A stretch of DNA of 64,000 nucleotides from Rhynchopus sp. YZ270_cl-10 (taxonomy: Eukaryota), in the NCBI GenBank assembly GCA_964035575.1, contig OZ037838.1:124001-188000 (forward strand), in the 5' to 3' direction. The translations under genes were made by a program, and so were the position numbers. The notes under the pieces are model-generated. The model saw only the letters and a program-made list of their open reading frames with translations, ran no database searches and had not been told where the DNA came from. Below are positions 1-13,300 of the stretch, one piece after another (position 1 is the first letter of the stretch; the number at the start of each line of letters is the position of its first letter).

Positions 1-46
1 GATGGCAAAAACATAAATCACAGAAATCAAACGAAAAGGTAAAGAA

Positions 47-128
47 CGCTGACGGCAGGGTTCGAACCTGCGCGGGCAGAGCCCAGTGGATTTCAAGTCC
101 ACCTCCGTAACCACTTGGATACGTCAGC
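47..128 (-). tRNA. tRNA-Ser (anticodon UGA)
   Basis: Reverse complement reads GCTGACG TATCCAAGTGGTTACGGAG GTGGA CT TGA AA TCCAC TGGGCTCTGCCCGC GCAGGTTCGAACCCTGC CGTCAGC G. It has a 7-bp acceptor stem, a long variable arm, a GTTCGAA T-loop and is 82 nt. Confidence 0.96.
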
Positions 129-205
129 ATAGTTGAGGAAGTACAACGCCCCAGATCCTGAAAATGGGCACAAAAAAGAGAATCCAATCGATCCAAAAAA
201 GTAGG

Positions 206-277
206 CACCCGCCGTGGGGATCGAACCCACGACCATTGGATTAAAAGTCCAACGCTCTACCGCTGAGCTAGGCGGGC
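206..277 (-). tRNA. tRNA-Lys (anticodon UUU)
   Basis: Reverse complement reads GCCCGCC TAGCTCAGCGGTAGAGCG TTGGA CT TTT AA TCCAA TGGTC GTGGGTTCGATCCCCAC GGCGGGT G, a canonical 72-nt cloverleaf. Confidence 0.96.
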
Positions 278-293
278 ATTCGTTTTAAAGGAA

Positions 294-3200
294 TGCTGTG
301 TGTGGGTGTGTAGTGTGTGTGGTGTGGGTGGCGCACATCTCTATAGTAAAGACTAAAAAACTAAGGTTTTTTAGGATTTTTTTTTGGGCCTCAATACCCC
401 CAAACAACACGTTAAGCCCAAAAAATTCACTTTTGGATGAGCAACTATTTATTTAAAAAAATCGATTTTTTGGTCAAATCCCCCTGGTGGTGAGGGGGTG
501 TGTGTGTGTGTGTGTGTGGGTGTGTGTGGGTGTGCTGTGTGTGGGTGTGTAGTGTGTGTGGTGTGGGTGGCGCACATCTCTATAGTAAAGACTAAAAAAC
601 TAAGGTTTTTTAGGATTGGTGACGGGCTAAAAAACCTGTCGTTCTTGTGTGACACTTCCATGGAAACGTGATGAGGACCACACTTTTTTTACAGGTGGTT
701 TTTTGTACTCAGGTAGCTACGTAGCCTTCAGGGAGGCAATCGTGTGCTAATACAGAAAGTATCAGTCAAGGCTGTCCTTACAGACGCATGCCAAAGCGGC
801 CGCCACATGGGTGTGGACTTAAGATTGAAGTTTCATCATTGTACTAGCCCAGGGAGGGTTCCCGGCTACCGGCGAGGTCTCTTCCAATCCGTTCCCTAGT
901 TTCCTAGGGGGGCCTCCTTGGCTTCACTGGCTAGGGCTCTGCAGGTCGGGGCGTTCGCGTGCGCGCTTCGCGCGCCCGCTCACGGTAAGGCATCACAAAA
1001 AAACCTCACTCATGCCTTCATGAACTGGCTTTTCAGGTGAAAAGTGCCCTGTTAAAAAGTGGTGTTTTTGTGGTACATGACAGATGGTCAAAAGAGTGAT
1101 CTGACCATATTCCCCAGGTATAACTGGTACTCAAAAAGTTCATTAACGAAGGAATCTTGCACTTTTGACCATCACATATTACATGTGTTTTTTCAGGTTT
1201 TTCAATGCACTTTCCTGTACTGGGAAGCATGCCACAAGTGTCATGTTTTACAAGGTAAAAATGACCAAAAAAGCTGATTTTTGGCCGAATGCCACATGTC
1301 ATTTGGCAGTCCATTTTTTGAACAGGACTGTCTTAAATTTTTTTTTTGGGCCTCAATACCCCCAAACAACACGTTAAGCCCAAAAAATTCACTTTTGGAT
1401 GAGCAACTATTTATTTAAAAAAATCGATTTTTTGGTCAAATCCCCTCTGGATGGTGAGGGGGTGTGTGGGTGGGTGTGTGGGTGGGTGGTGTGGGTGTGG
1501 GTTTGCGGGTGTGTGGTGTGGGTGGCGCACATCTCTATAGTAAAGACTAAAAAACTAAGGTTTTTTAGGATTTGGTGACGGGCTAAAAAACCTGTCGTTC
1601 TTGTGTGACACTTCCATGGAAACGTGATGAGGACCTCACCTTTTTTTACAGGTGGTTTTTTTTGTAAGGACCTCACACACTGGGCAGGCGGTCAGCTATT
1701 CGCTTCCCGCGGGGCGTTCGCGTGCGCGCTTCGCGCGCCTGCTCACGGTAACGTGTACAAAAAAACCTCACTCGTGCCTTCATGAACTGGCCTGTAAAGT
1801 GGCCTGTAAAAAGTGGTGTTTTTGTGGTAAACGCCAGATGGTCAAAAGAGTGATCTGAGCATATTCCCCAGGTATAACTGGTACTCAAAAAGTTCATTAA
1901 CGAAGGAATCTTGCACTTTTGACCATCACATATTAGATGTGTTTTTTCAGGTTTTTCAATGCACTTTCCTGTACTGGGAAGCATGCCACAAGTGTCATGT
2001 TTTACAAGGTAAAAATGACCAAAAAAGCTGATTTTTGGCCGAATGCCACATGTCATTTGGCAGTCCAATTTCTGAACACGACTGAAAAAAAATTTTTTTT
2101 TGGGCCTCAATACCCCCAAACAACACGTTAAGCCCAAAAAATTCACTTTTGGATGAGCAACTATTTATTTAAAAAAATCGATTTTTTGGTCAAATCCCCT
2201 CTGGTGGTGAGGGGGTGTGTGTGTGTGTGTGTGGGTGTGTGTGGGTGTGTGTGTGTAGTGTGTGTGGTGTGGGTGGCGCACATCTCTATAGTAAAGACTA
2301 AAAAACTAAGGTTTTTTAGGATTTGGTGACGGGCTAAAAAACCTGTCGTTCTTGTGTGACACTTCCATGGAAACGTGATGAGGACCTCACCTTTTTTTAC
2401 AGGTGGTTTTTTTTGTAAGGACCTCACACACTGGGCAGGCGGTCAGCTATTCGCTTCCCACGGGGCGTTCGCGTGCGCGCTTCGCGCGCCCGCTCACGGT
2501 AACGTGTACAAAAAAACCTCACTCGTGCCTTCATGAACTGGCCTGTAAAGTGGCCTGTAAAAAGTGGTGTTTTTGTGGTAAACGCCAGATGGTCAAAAGA
2601 GTGATCTGAGCATATTCCCCAGGTATAACTGGTACTCAAAAAGTTCATTAACGAAGGAATCTTGCACTTTTGACCATCACATATTAGATGTGTTTTTTCA
2701 GGTTTTTCAATGCACTTTCCTGTACTGGGAAGCATGCCACAAGTGTCATGTTTTACAAGGCAAAAATGACCAAAAAAGCTGATTTTTGGCCGAATGCCAC
2801 ATGTCATTTGGCAGTCCAATTTCTGAACACGACTGAAAAAAAATTTTTTTTTGGGCCTCAATACCCCCAAACAACACGTTAAGCCCAAAAAATTCACTTT
2901 TGGATGAGCAACTATTTATTTAAAAAAATCGATTTGGTGACGGGCTAAAAAACCTGTCGTTCTTGTGTGACACTCATGGAAACGTGATAACCTCACTTTT
3001 TGTTTTTTTATTGTTTGAAAACTTGGAATAATCAAGTGTCGCAACACAATATCCACGACACGCCCACCCTCCGCCCCGCTTACTTGATACCATTCACACC
3101 CCTTTTAGCGGTCTACGTTGAGATGTCCTACTCCCGCTGCCGCTCATCAGTCAACGAAACGGGTATCATTGCAACACAAGCGAGTAACTCCTTGTGCGAA

Positions 3201-3420
3201 GTAAGTGACTCGGGGTATTCTCCATGCCTCACAATGTGGGAAAGGCTATAGTGGAAGCCAGTTCCATCTGGGGCTAATACAGGTGGGGTTTTTTTTTTAC
3301 CTCACGCACTGGGCAGGTGGTCCGCTATTCGCTTCCCACGAGGCGCTCGCGTGCGCGCTTCGCGCGCCCGCTCGCGGTAACGCAAACATAAAACCTCTCT
3401 GGTGACTTTTTTACACTTTT
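294..3420 (+). repeat. Tandem and nested copies of the ~750-bp repeat family A (left block)
   Basis: Period is 751 (ORF-track copies at 1673/2424 and 1937/2688). It contains a (GT)n/GGGTGT microsatellite module. Partial copies and two unique inserts are present. Confidence 0.95.
1574..2320 (+). mobile_element. Representative full-length 747-bp family-A unit; putative non-autonomous rolling-circle (Helentron/HINE-like) element
   Basis: Starts GGTGACGGGCTAAAAAACCTGTC and ends CTAAAAAAC-TAAG-GTTTTTTAGG, flanked on both sides by ATTT. It has a 10-bp subterminal inverted repeat (CTAAAAAACC/GGTTTTTTAG), a 9-bp terminal hairpin, an internal GCGCGC-TTC-GCGCGC hairpin, an internal GT microsatellite and no credible ORF. 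The mobile-element class is inferred. Confidence 0.6.
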
Positions 3421-4345
3421 CGGCGTTCCTTGCTCACCAGACGCACGGTGCCTCTGAGTTCTGAACACTTTTTTGCCTGCTGTGATTGAGTAGTTGTGGC
3501 GGAAGTTCCACGAACGAGTCAAACATGGGGGTGTTCAGGTCCAGGACAACAATCGGCCCCCAAGTCCCTGCGCGCCTGTCGGAAATGTACATCACTGCGT
3601 CGGGACGAGCACTTTCCCGTGGCCCTGGCCAACGCCCTTACCGGCAGTCTTGCTGACGACGGATATGTTTCCAAGCAGGTTGAGCAGGCTGAAAACCCTG
3701 CACATACGACAAGGCAGGCACGTCGGGTTTGCGGGTTTGCGACAAGGCAGGCCGCGCCGCCAGTACCCCGTTAGCGCAAACAACATGTACTCTGCAGCGT
3801 CGCTCCCTATTGACCTACGACGAAATCCTACCGATGTGCCTACATGGGGCGTCCCCCGTCAGTAGTGCGCCAGATGAGGGGCACGAAGCCCCTACTCTTC
3901 GCCCGCCTTTTATACAAAACTTGAAACACCGACCATTTTTGGTCATCATTTTTTCCTTTTCATTATTCCATTTCCTTTTTCCTTTTCCATTTCCTGTTCA
4001 TTTTATTGTCTTTATTGTCTTCTCCATTTCTTCCTTTTTCCTTTCTATTCTCATAAAAAACTAGTCCAAGTACAAAAAAGAGAAAAAAAAAAACTATTGA
4101 CCTCCTCCGTAAATCTCATGTTTGCGACAATCCTCCGACGTATTTTTCCGCAGCACCTGAATAAAGCATGAACTTTCATACCACGCTCGCCACATCTTAC
4201 AGCACTCCTGCAGTGTCATTGTCCGGATATTTTTAGATTTTCCATTCTATGTGTTCATTTTCTATCCATTGCGACCACTCTCGGTATGATTAGCACTGTA
4301 GATATTTCTTCATTCACACACGTCCGTAAAATGTCGAAAATTTTT

Positions 4346-7300
4346 GGTTTTTGTGGTAAACGCCAGCTGGTCTGAAGAGTGATCTGACTATATTCCCCAG
4401 ATATAACTGGTACTCAAAAAATGCATTAACGAAGGAATCGTGCACTTTTGACCACCACACATTACATGTGATTTTTTAGGTTTTTCAAGGCAAAAATGCT
4501 GATTTTGGCATAATGCCAAGTGTCATTTACTAAAGCAATTTTTGAACAGGACTGTCTTAATATTTTATTTTCCGCCTCAATATCCCCAAACTGCACGATG
4601 TACCCAAAAAAGTCACTTTCTGATAAGCAAAAGTTTAGTGAAATATTTCGAAAAATCCACCTGTGGTGAGGGGGTGTGTGTGTGTGGGTGTGTGGGTGTG
4701 TGGGTGTGTGGGGGTGGGTGTGTGGGGGTGGGTGTGGGTGGCGCACGGCCTAAAGTAAAAACTAAAAAACTAAGGTTTTTTAGGATTTTTTTCTGAACTG
4801 GAGTGTGCGTACTCGGCAGTTTCACTGCCCAATACGCACATTCCAGTTCTGCCGCTCATGGAAACTGGCTGGCTGGTGGTGCCTGCCTTAAGTGGCTCTT
4901 CAGGCGAAAAGTGGCCTGTTGAAAAAGTAGTGTTTTTGTGGTAAACGCCAGCTGGTCTGAAGAGTGATCTGACTATATTCCCCAGATATAACTGGTACTC
5001 AAAAAATGCATTAACGAAGGAATCGTGCACTTTTGACCACCACACATTACATGTGATTTTTTAGGTTTTTCAAGGCAAAAATGCTGATTTTGGCATAATG
5101 CCAAGTGTCATTTACTAAAGCAATTTTTGAACAGGACTGTCTTAATATTTTTTTTTCCGCCTCAATATCCCCAAACTGCACGATGTACCCAAAAAAGTCA
5201 CTTTCTGATAAGCAAAAGTTTAGTGAAATATTTCGAAAAATCCACCTGTGGTGAGGGGGTGTGTGTGTGTGGGTGTGTGGGTGTGTGGGGGTGGGTGTGT
5301 GGGGGTGGGTGTGGGTGGCGCACGGCCTAAAGTAAAAACTAAAAAACTAAGGTTTTTTAGGATTTTTTTCTGAACTGGAGTGTGCGTACTCGGCAGTTTC
5401 ACTGCCCAATACGCACATTCCAGTTCTGCCGCTCATGGAAACTGGCTGGCTGGTGGTGCCTGCCTTAAGTGGCTCTTCAGGCGAAAAGTGGCCTGTTGAA
5501 AAAGTAGTGTTTTTGTGGTAAACGCCAGCTGGTCTGAAGAGTGATCTGACTATATTCCCCAGATATAACTGGTACTCAAAAAATGCATTAACGAAGGAAT
5601 CGTGCACTTTTGACCACCACACATTACATGTGATTTTTTAGGTTTTTCAAGGCAAAAATGCTGATTTTGGCATAATGCCAAGTGTCATTTACTAAAGCAA
5701 TTTTTGAACAGGACTGTCTTAATATTTTTTTTTCCGCCTCAATATCCCCAAACTGCACGATGTACCCAAAAAAGTCACTTTCTGATAAGCAAAAGTTTAG
5801 TGAAATATTTCGAAAAATCCACCTGTGGTGAGGGGGTGTGTGTGTGTGGGTGTGTGGGTGTGTGGGGGTGGGTGTGTGGGGGTGGGTGTGGGTGGCGCAC
5901 GGCCTAAAGTAAAAACTAAAAAACTAAGGTTTTTTAGGATTTTTTTCTGAACTGGAGTGTGCGTACTCGGCAGTTTCACTGCCCAATACGCACATTCCAG
6001 TTCTGCCGCTCATGGAAACTGGCTGGCTGGTGGTGCCTGCCTTAAGTGGCTCTTCAGGCGAAAAGTGGCCTGTTGAAAAAGTAGTGTTTTTGTGGTAAAC
6101 GCCAGCTGGTCTGAAGAGTGATCTGACTATATTCCCCAGATATAACTGGTACTCAAAAAATGCATTAACGAAGGAATCGTGCACTTTTGACCACCACACA
6201 TTACATGTGATTTTTTAGGTTTTTCAAGGCAAAAATGCTGATTTTGGCATAATGCCAAGTGTCATTTACTAAAGCAATTTTTGAACAGGACTGTCTTAAT
6301 ATTTTATTTTCCGCCTCAATATCCCCAAACTGCACGATGTACCCAAAAAAGTCACTTTCTGATAAGCAAAAGTTTAGTGAAATATTTCGAAAAATCCACC
6401 TGTGGTGAGGGGGTGTGTGTGTGTGGGTGTGTGGGTGTGTGGGGGTGGGTGTGTGGGGGTGGGTGTGGGTGGCGCACGGCCTAAAGTAAAAACTAAAAAA
6501 CTAAGGTTTTTTAGGATTTTTTTCTGAACTGGAGTGTGCGTACTCGGCAGTTTCACTGCCCAATACGCACATTCCAGTTCTGCCGCTCATGGAAACTGGC
6601 TGGCTGGTGGTGCCTGCCTTAAGTGGCTCTTCAGGCGAAAAGTGGCCTGTTGAAAAAGTAGTGTTTTTGTGGTAAACGCCAGCTGGTCTGAAGAGTGATC
6701 TGACTATATTCCCCAGATATAACTGGTACTCAAAAAATGCATTAACGAAGGAATCGTGCACTTTTGACCACCACACATTACATGTGATTTTTTAGGTTTT
6801 TCAAGGCAAAAATGCTGATTTTGGCATAATGCCAAGTGTCATTTACTAAAGCAATTTTTGAACAGGACTGTCTTAATATTTTTTTTTCCGCCTCAATATC
6901 CCCAAACTGCACGATGTACCCAAAAAAGTCACTTTCTGATAAGCAAAAGTTTAGTGAAATATTTCGAAAAATCCACCTGTGGTGAGGGGGTGTGTGTGTG
7001 TGGGTGTGTGGGTGTGTGGGGGTGGGTGTGTGGGGGTGGGTGTGGGTGGCGCACGGCCTAAAGTAAAAACTAAAAAACTAAGGTTTTTTAGGATTTTTTT
7101 CTGAACTGGAGTGTGCGTACTCGGCAGTTTCACTGCCCAATACGCACATTCCAGTTCTGCCGCTCATGGAAACTGGCTGGCTGGTGGTGCCTGCCTTAAG
7201 TGGCTCTTCAGGCGAAAAGTGGCCTGTTGAAAAAGTAGTGTTTTTGTGGTAAACGCCAGCTGGTCTGAAGAGTGATCTGACTATATTCCCCAGATATAAC

Positions 7301-10300
7301 TGGTACTCAAAAAATGCATTAACGAAGGAATCGTGCACTTTTGACCACCACACATTACATGTGATTTTTTAGGTTTTTCAAGGCAAAAATGCTGATTTTG
7401 GCATAATGCCAAGTGTCATTTACTAAAGCAATTTTTGAACAGGACTGTCTTAATATTTTTTTTTCCGCCTCAATATCCCCAAACTGCACGATGTACCCAA
7501 AAAAGTCACTTTCTGATAAGCAAAAGTTTAGTGAAATATTTCGAAAAATCCACCTGTGGTGAGGGGGTGTGTGTGTGTGGGTGTGTGGGTGTGTGGGGGT
7601 GGGTGTGTGGGGGTGGGTGTGGGTGGCGCACGGCCTAAAGTAAAAACTAAAAAACTAAGGTTTTTTAGGATTTTTTTCTGAACTGGAGTGTGCGTACTCG
7701 GCAGTTTCACTGCCCAATACGCACATTCCAGTTCTGCCGCTCATGGAAACTGGCTGGCTGGTGGTGCCTGCCTTAAGTGGCTCTTCAGGCGAAAAGTGGC
7801 CTGTTGAAAAAGTAGTGTTTTTGTGGTAAACGCCAGCTGGTCTGAAGAGTGATCTGACTATATTCCCCAGATATAACTGGTACTCAAAAAATGCATTAAC
7901 GAAGGAATCGTGCACTTTTGACCACCACACATTACATGTGATTTTTTAGGTTTTTCAAGGCAAAAATGCTGATTTTGGCATAATGCCAAGTGTCATTTAC
8001 TAAAGCAATTTTTGAACAGGACTGTCTTAATATTTTTTTTTCCGCCTCAATATCCCCAAACTGCACGATGTACCCAAAAAAGTCACTTTCTGATAAGCAA
8101 AAGTTTAGTGAAATATTTCGAAAAATCCACCTGTGGTGAGGGGGTGTGTGTGTGTGGGTGTGTGGGTGTGTGGGGGTGGGTGTGTGGGGGTGGGTGTGGG
8201 TGGCGCACGGCCTAAAGTAAAAACTAAAAAACTAAGGTTTTTTAGGATTTTTTTCTGAACTGGAGTGTGCGTACTCGGCAGTTTCACTGCCCAATACGCA
8301 CATTCCAGTTCTGCCGCTCATGGAAACTGGCTGGCTGGTGGTGCCTGCCTTAAGTGGCTCTTCAGGCGAAAAGTGGCCTGTTGAAAAAGTAGTGTTTTTG
8401 TGGTAAACGCCAGCTGGTCTGAAGAGTGATCTGACTATATTCCCCAGATATAACTGGTACTCAAAAAATGCATTAACGAAGGAATCGTGCACTTTTGACC
8501 ACCACACATTACATGTGATTTTTTAGGTTTTTCAAGGCAAAAATGCTGATTTTGGCATAATGCCAAGTGTCATTTACTAAAGCAATTTTTGAACAGGACT
8601 GTCTTAATATTTTTTTTTCCGCCTCAATATCCCCAAACTGCACGATGTACCCAAAAAAGTCACTTTCTGATAAGCAAAAGTTTAGTGAAATATTTCGAAA
8701 AATCCACCTGTGGTGAGGGGGTGTGTGTGTGTGGGTGTGTGGGTGTGTGGGGGTGGGTGTGTGGGGGTGGGTGTGGGTGGCGCACGGCCTAAAGTAAAAA
8801 CTAAAAAACTAAGGTTTTTTAGGATTTTTTTCTGAACTGGAGTGTGCGTACTCGGCAGTTTCACTGCCCAATACGCACATTCCAGTTCTGCCGCTCATGG
8901 AAACTGGCTGGCTGGTGGTGCCTGCCTTAAGTGGCTCTTCAGGCGAAAAGTGGCCTGTTGAAAAAGTAGTGTTTTTGTGGTAAACGCCAGCTGGTCTGAA
9001 GAGTGATCTGACTATATTCCCCAGATATAACTGGTACTCAAAAAATGCATTAACGAAGGAATCGTGCACTTTTGACCACCACACATTACATGTGATTTTT
9101 TAGGTTTTTCAAGGCAAAAATGCTGATTTTGGCATAATGCCAAGTGTCATTTACTAAAGCAATTTTTGAACAGGACTGTCTTAATATTTTATTTTCCGCC
9201 TCAATATCCCCAAACTGCACGATGTACCCAAAAAAGTCACTTTCTGATAAGCAAAAGTTTAGTGAAATATTTCGAAAAATCCACCTGTGGTGAGGGGGTG
9301 TGTGTGTGTGGGTGTGTGGGTGTGTGGGGGTGGGTGTGTGGGGGTGGGTGTGGGTGGCGCACGGCCTAAAGTAAAAACTAAAAAACTAAGGTTTTTTAGG
9401 ATTTTTTTCTGAACTGGAGTGTGCGTACTCGGCAGTTTCACTGCCCAATACGCACATTCCAGTTCTGCCGCTCATGGAAACTGGCTGGCTGGTGGTGCCT
9501 GCCTTAAGTGGCTCTTCAGGCGAAAAGTGGCCTGTTGAAAAAGTAGTGTTTTTGTGGTAAACGCCAGCTGGTCTGAAGAGTGATCTGACTATATTCCCCA
9601 GATATAACTGGTACTCAAAAAATGCATTAACGAAGGAATCGTGCACTTTTGACCACCACACATTACATGTGATTTTTTAGGTTTTTCAAGGCAAAAATGC
9701 TGATTTTGGCATAATGCCAAGTGTCATTTACTAAAGCAATTTTTGAACAGGACTGTCTTAATATTTTTTTTTCCGCCTCAATATCCCCAAACTGCACGAT
9801 GTACCCAAAAAAGTCACTTTCTGATAAGCAAAAGTTTAGTGAAATATTTCGAAAAATCCACCTGTGGTGAGGGGGTGTGTGTGTGTGGGTGTGTGGGTGT
9901 GTGGGGGTGGGTGTGTGGGGGTGGGTGTGGGTGGCGCACGGCCTAAAGTAAAAACTAAAAAACTAAGGTTTTTTAGGATTTTTTTCTGAACTGGAGTGTG
10001 CGTACTCGGCAGTTTCACTGCCCAATACGCACATTCCAGTTCTGCCGCTCATGGAAACTGGCTGGCTGGTGGTGCCTGCCTTAAGTGGCTCTTCAGGCGA
10101 AAAGTGGCCTGTTGAAAAAGTAGTGTTTTTGTGGTAAACGCCAGCTGGTCTGAAGAGTGATCTGACTATATTCCCCAGATATAACTGGTACTCAAAAAAT
10201 GCATTAACGAAGGAATCGTGCACTTTTGACCACCACACATTACATGTGATTTTTTAGGTTTTTCAAGGCAAAAATGCTGATTTTGGCATAATGCCAAGTG

Positions 10301-13300
10301 TCATTTACTAAAGCAATTTTTGAACAGGACTGTCTTAATATTTTTTTTTCCGCCTCAATATCCCCAAACTGCACGATGTACCCAAAAAAGTCACTTTCTG
10401 ATAAGCAAAAGTTTAGTGAAATATTTCGAAAAATCCACCTGTGGTGAGGGGGTGTGTGTGTGTGGGTGTGTGGGTGTGTGGGGGTGGGTGTGTGGGGGTG
10501 GGTGTGGGTGGCGCACGGCCTAAAGTAAAAACTAAAAAACTAAGGTTTTTTAGGATTTTTTTCTGAACTGGAGTGTGCGTACTCGGCAGTTTCACTGCCC
10601 AATACGCACATTCCAGTTCTGCCGCTCATGGAAACTGGCTGGCTGGTGGTGCCTGCCTTAAGTGGCTCTTCAGGCGAAAAGTGGCCTGTTGAAAAAGTAG
10701 TGTTTTTGTGGTAAACGCCAGCTGGTCTGAAGAGTGATCTGACTATATTCCCCAGATATAACTGGTACTCAAAAAATGCATTAACGAAGGAATCGTGCAC
10801 TTTTGACCACCACACATTACATGTGATTTTTTAGGTTTTTCAAGGCAAAAATGCTGATTTTGGCATAATGCCAAGTGTCATTTACTAAAGCAATTTTTGA
10901 ACAGGACTGTCTTAATATTTTATTTTCCGCCTCAATATCCCCAAACTGCACGATGTACCCAAAAAAGTCACTTTCTGATAAGCAAAAGTTTAGTGAAATA
11001 TTTCGAAAAATCCACCTGTGGTGAGGGGGTGTGTGTGTGTGGGTGTGTGGGTGTGTGGGGGTGGGTGTGTGGGGGTGGGTGTGGGTGGCGCACGGCCTAA
11101 AGTAAAAACTAAAAAACTAAGGTTTTTTAGGATTTTTTTCTGAACTGGAGTGTGCGTACTCGGCAGTTTCACTGCCCAATACGCACATTCCAGTTCTGCC
11201 GCTCATGGAAACTGGCTGGCTGGTGGTGCCTGCCTTAAGTGGCTCTTCAGGCGAAAAGTGGCCTGTTGAAAAAGTAGTGTTTTTGTGGTAAACGCCAGCT
11301 GGTCTGAAGAGTGATCTGACTATATTCCCCAGATATAACTGGTACTCAAAAAATGCATTAACGAAGGAATCGTGCACTTTTGACCACCACACATTACATG
11401 TGATTTTTTAGGTTTTTCAAGGCAAAAATGCTGATTTTGGCATAATGCCAAGTGTCATTTACTAAAGCAATTTTTGAACAGGACTGTCTTAATATTTTTT
11501 TTTCCGCCTCAATATCCCCAAACTGCACGATGTACCCAAAAAAGTCACTTTCTGATAAGCAAAAGTTTAGTGAAATATTTCGAAAAATCCACCTGTGGTG
11601 AGGGGGTGTGTGTGTGTGGGTGTGTGGGTGTGTGGGGGTGGGTGTGTGGGGGTGGGTGTGGGTGGCGCACGGCCTAAAGTAAAAACTAAAAAACTAAGGT
11701 TTTTTAGGATTTTTTTCTGAACTGGAGTGTGCGTACTCGGCAGTTTCACTGCCCAATACGCACATTCCAGTTCTGCCGCTCATGGAAACTGGCTGGCTGG
11801 TGGTGCCTGCCTTAAGTGGCTCTTCAGGCGAAAAGTGGCCTGTTGAAAAAGTAGTGTTTTTGTGGTAAACGCCAGCTGGTCTGAAGAGTGATCTGACTAT
11901 ATTCCCCAGATATAACTGGTACTCAAAAAATGCATTAACGAAGGAATCGTGCACTTTTGACCACCACACATTACATGTGATTTTTTAGGTTTTTCAAGGC
12001 AAAAATGCTGATTTTGGCATAATGCCAAGTGTCATTTACTAAAGCAATTTTTGAACAGGACTGTCTTAATATTTTTTTTTCCGCCTCAATATCCCCAAAC
12101 TGCACGATGTACCCAAAAAAGTCACTTTCTGATAAGCAAAAGTTTAGTGAAATATTTCGAAAAATCCACCTGTGGTGAGGGGGTGTGTGTGTGTGGGTGT
12201 GTGGGTGTGTGGGGGTGGGTGTGTGGGGGTGGGTGTGGGTGGCGCACGGCCTAAAGTAAAAACTAAAAAACTAAGGTTTTTTAGGATTTTTTTCTGAACT
12301 GGAGTGTGCGTACTCGGCAGTTTCACTGCCCAATACGCACATTCCAGTTCTGCCGCTCATGGAAACTGGCTGGCTGGTGGTGCCTGCCTTAAGTGGCTCT
12401 TCAGGCGAAAAGTGGCCTGTTGAAAAAGTAGTGTTTTTGTGGTAAACGCCAGCTGGTCTGAAGAGTGATCTGACTATATTCCCCAGATATAACTGGTACT
12501 CAAAAAATGCATTAACGAAGGAATCGTGCACTTTTGACCACCACACATTACATGTGATTTTTTAGGTTTTTCAAGGCAAAAATGCTGATTTTGGCATAAT
12601 GCCAAGTGTCATTTACTAAAGCAATTTTTGAACAGGACTGTCTTAATATTTTTTTTTCCGCCTCAATATCCCCAAACTGCACGATGTACCCAAAAAAGTC
12701 ACTTTCTGATAAGCAAAAGTTTAGTGAAATATTTCGAAAAATCCACCTGTGGTGAGGGGGTGTGTGTGTGTGGGTGTGTGGGTGTGTGGGGGTGGGTGTG
12801 TGGGGGTGGGTGTGGGTGGCGCACGGCCTAAAGTAAAAACTAAAAAACTAAGGTTTTTTAGGATTTTTTTCTGAACTGGAGTGTGCGTACTCGGCAGTTT
12901 CACTGCCCAATACGCACATTCCAGTTCTGCCGCTCATGGAAACTGGCTGGCTGGTGGTGCCTGCCTTAAGTGGCTCTTCAGGCGAAAAGTGGCCTGTTGA
13001 AAAAGTAGTGTTTTTGTGGTAAACGCCAGCTGGTCTGAAGAGTGATCTGACTATATTCCCCAGATATAACTGGTACTCAAAAAATGCATTAACGAAGGAA
13101 TCGTGCACTTTTGACCACCACACATTACATGTGATTTTTTAGGTTTTTCAAGGCAAAAATGCTGATTTTGGCATAATGCCAAGTGTCATTTACTAAAGCA
13201 ATTTTTGAACAGGACTGTCTTAATATTTTTTTTTCCGCCTCAATATCCCCAAACTGCACGATGTACCCAAAAAAGTCACTTTCTGATAAGCAAAAGTTTA

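Noticed and set aside
494..572. Telomeric repeat or chromosome end
   Set aside because: The GT/GGGTGT tracts are irregular internal modules of the repeat unit, and there is no (TTAGGG)n array.
740..770. Spliced-leader RNA gene (minus-strand ACTTTCTGTATTAG resembles an SL 3' end)
   Set aside because: The match is only about 8 nt, and no full 39-nt SL exon, donor GT or Sm site is recognisable.
3421..4345. Gene or degenerate retroelement fragment between the two repeat blocks
   Set aside because: It has only short overlapping ORFs with no motif I can assign with confidence; TBLASTX would be needed.
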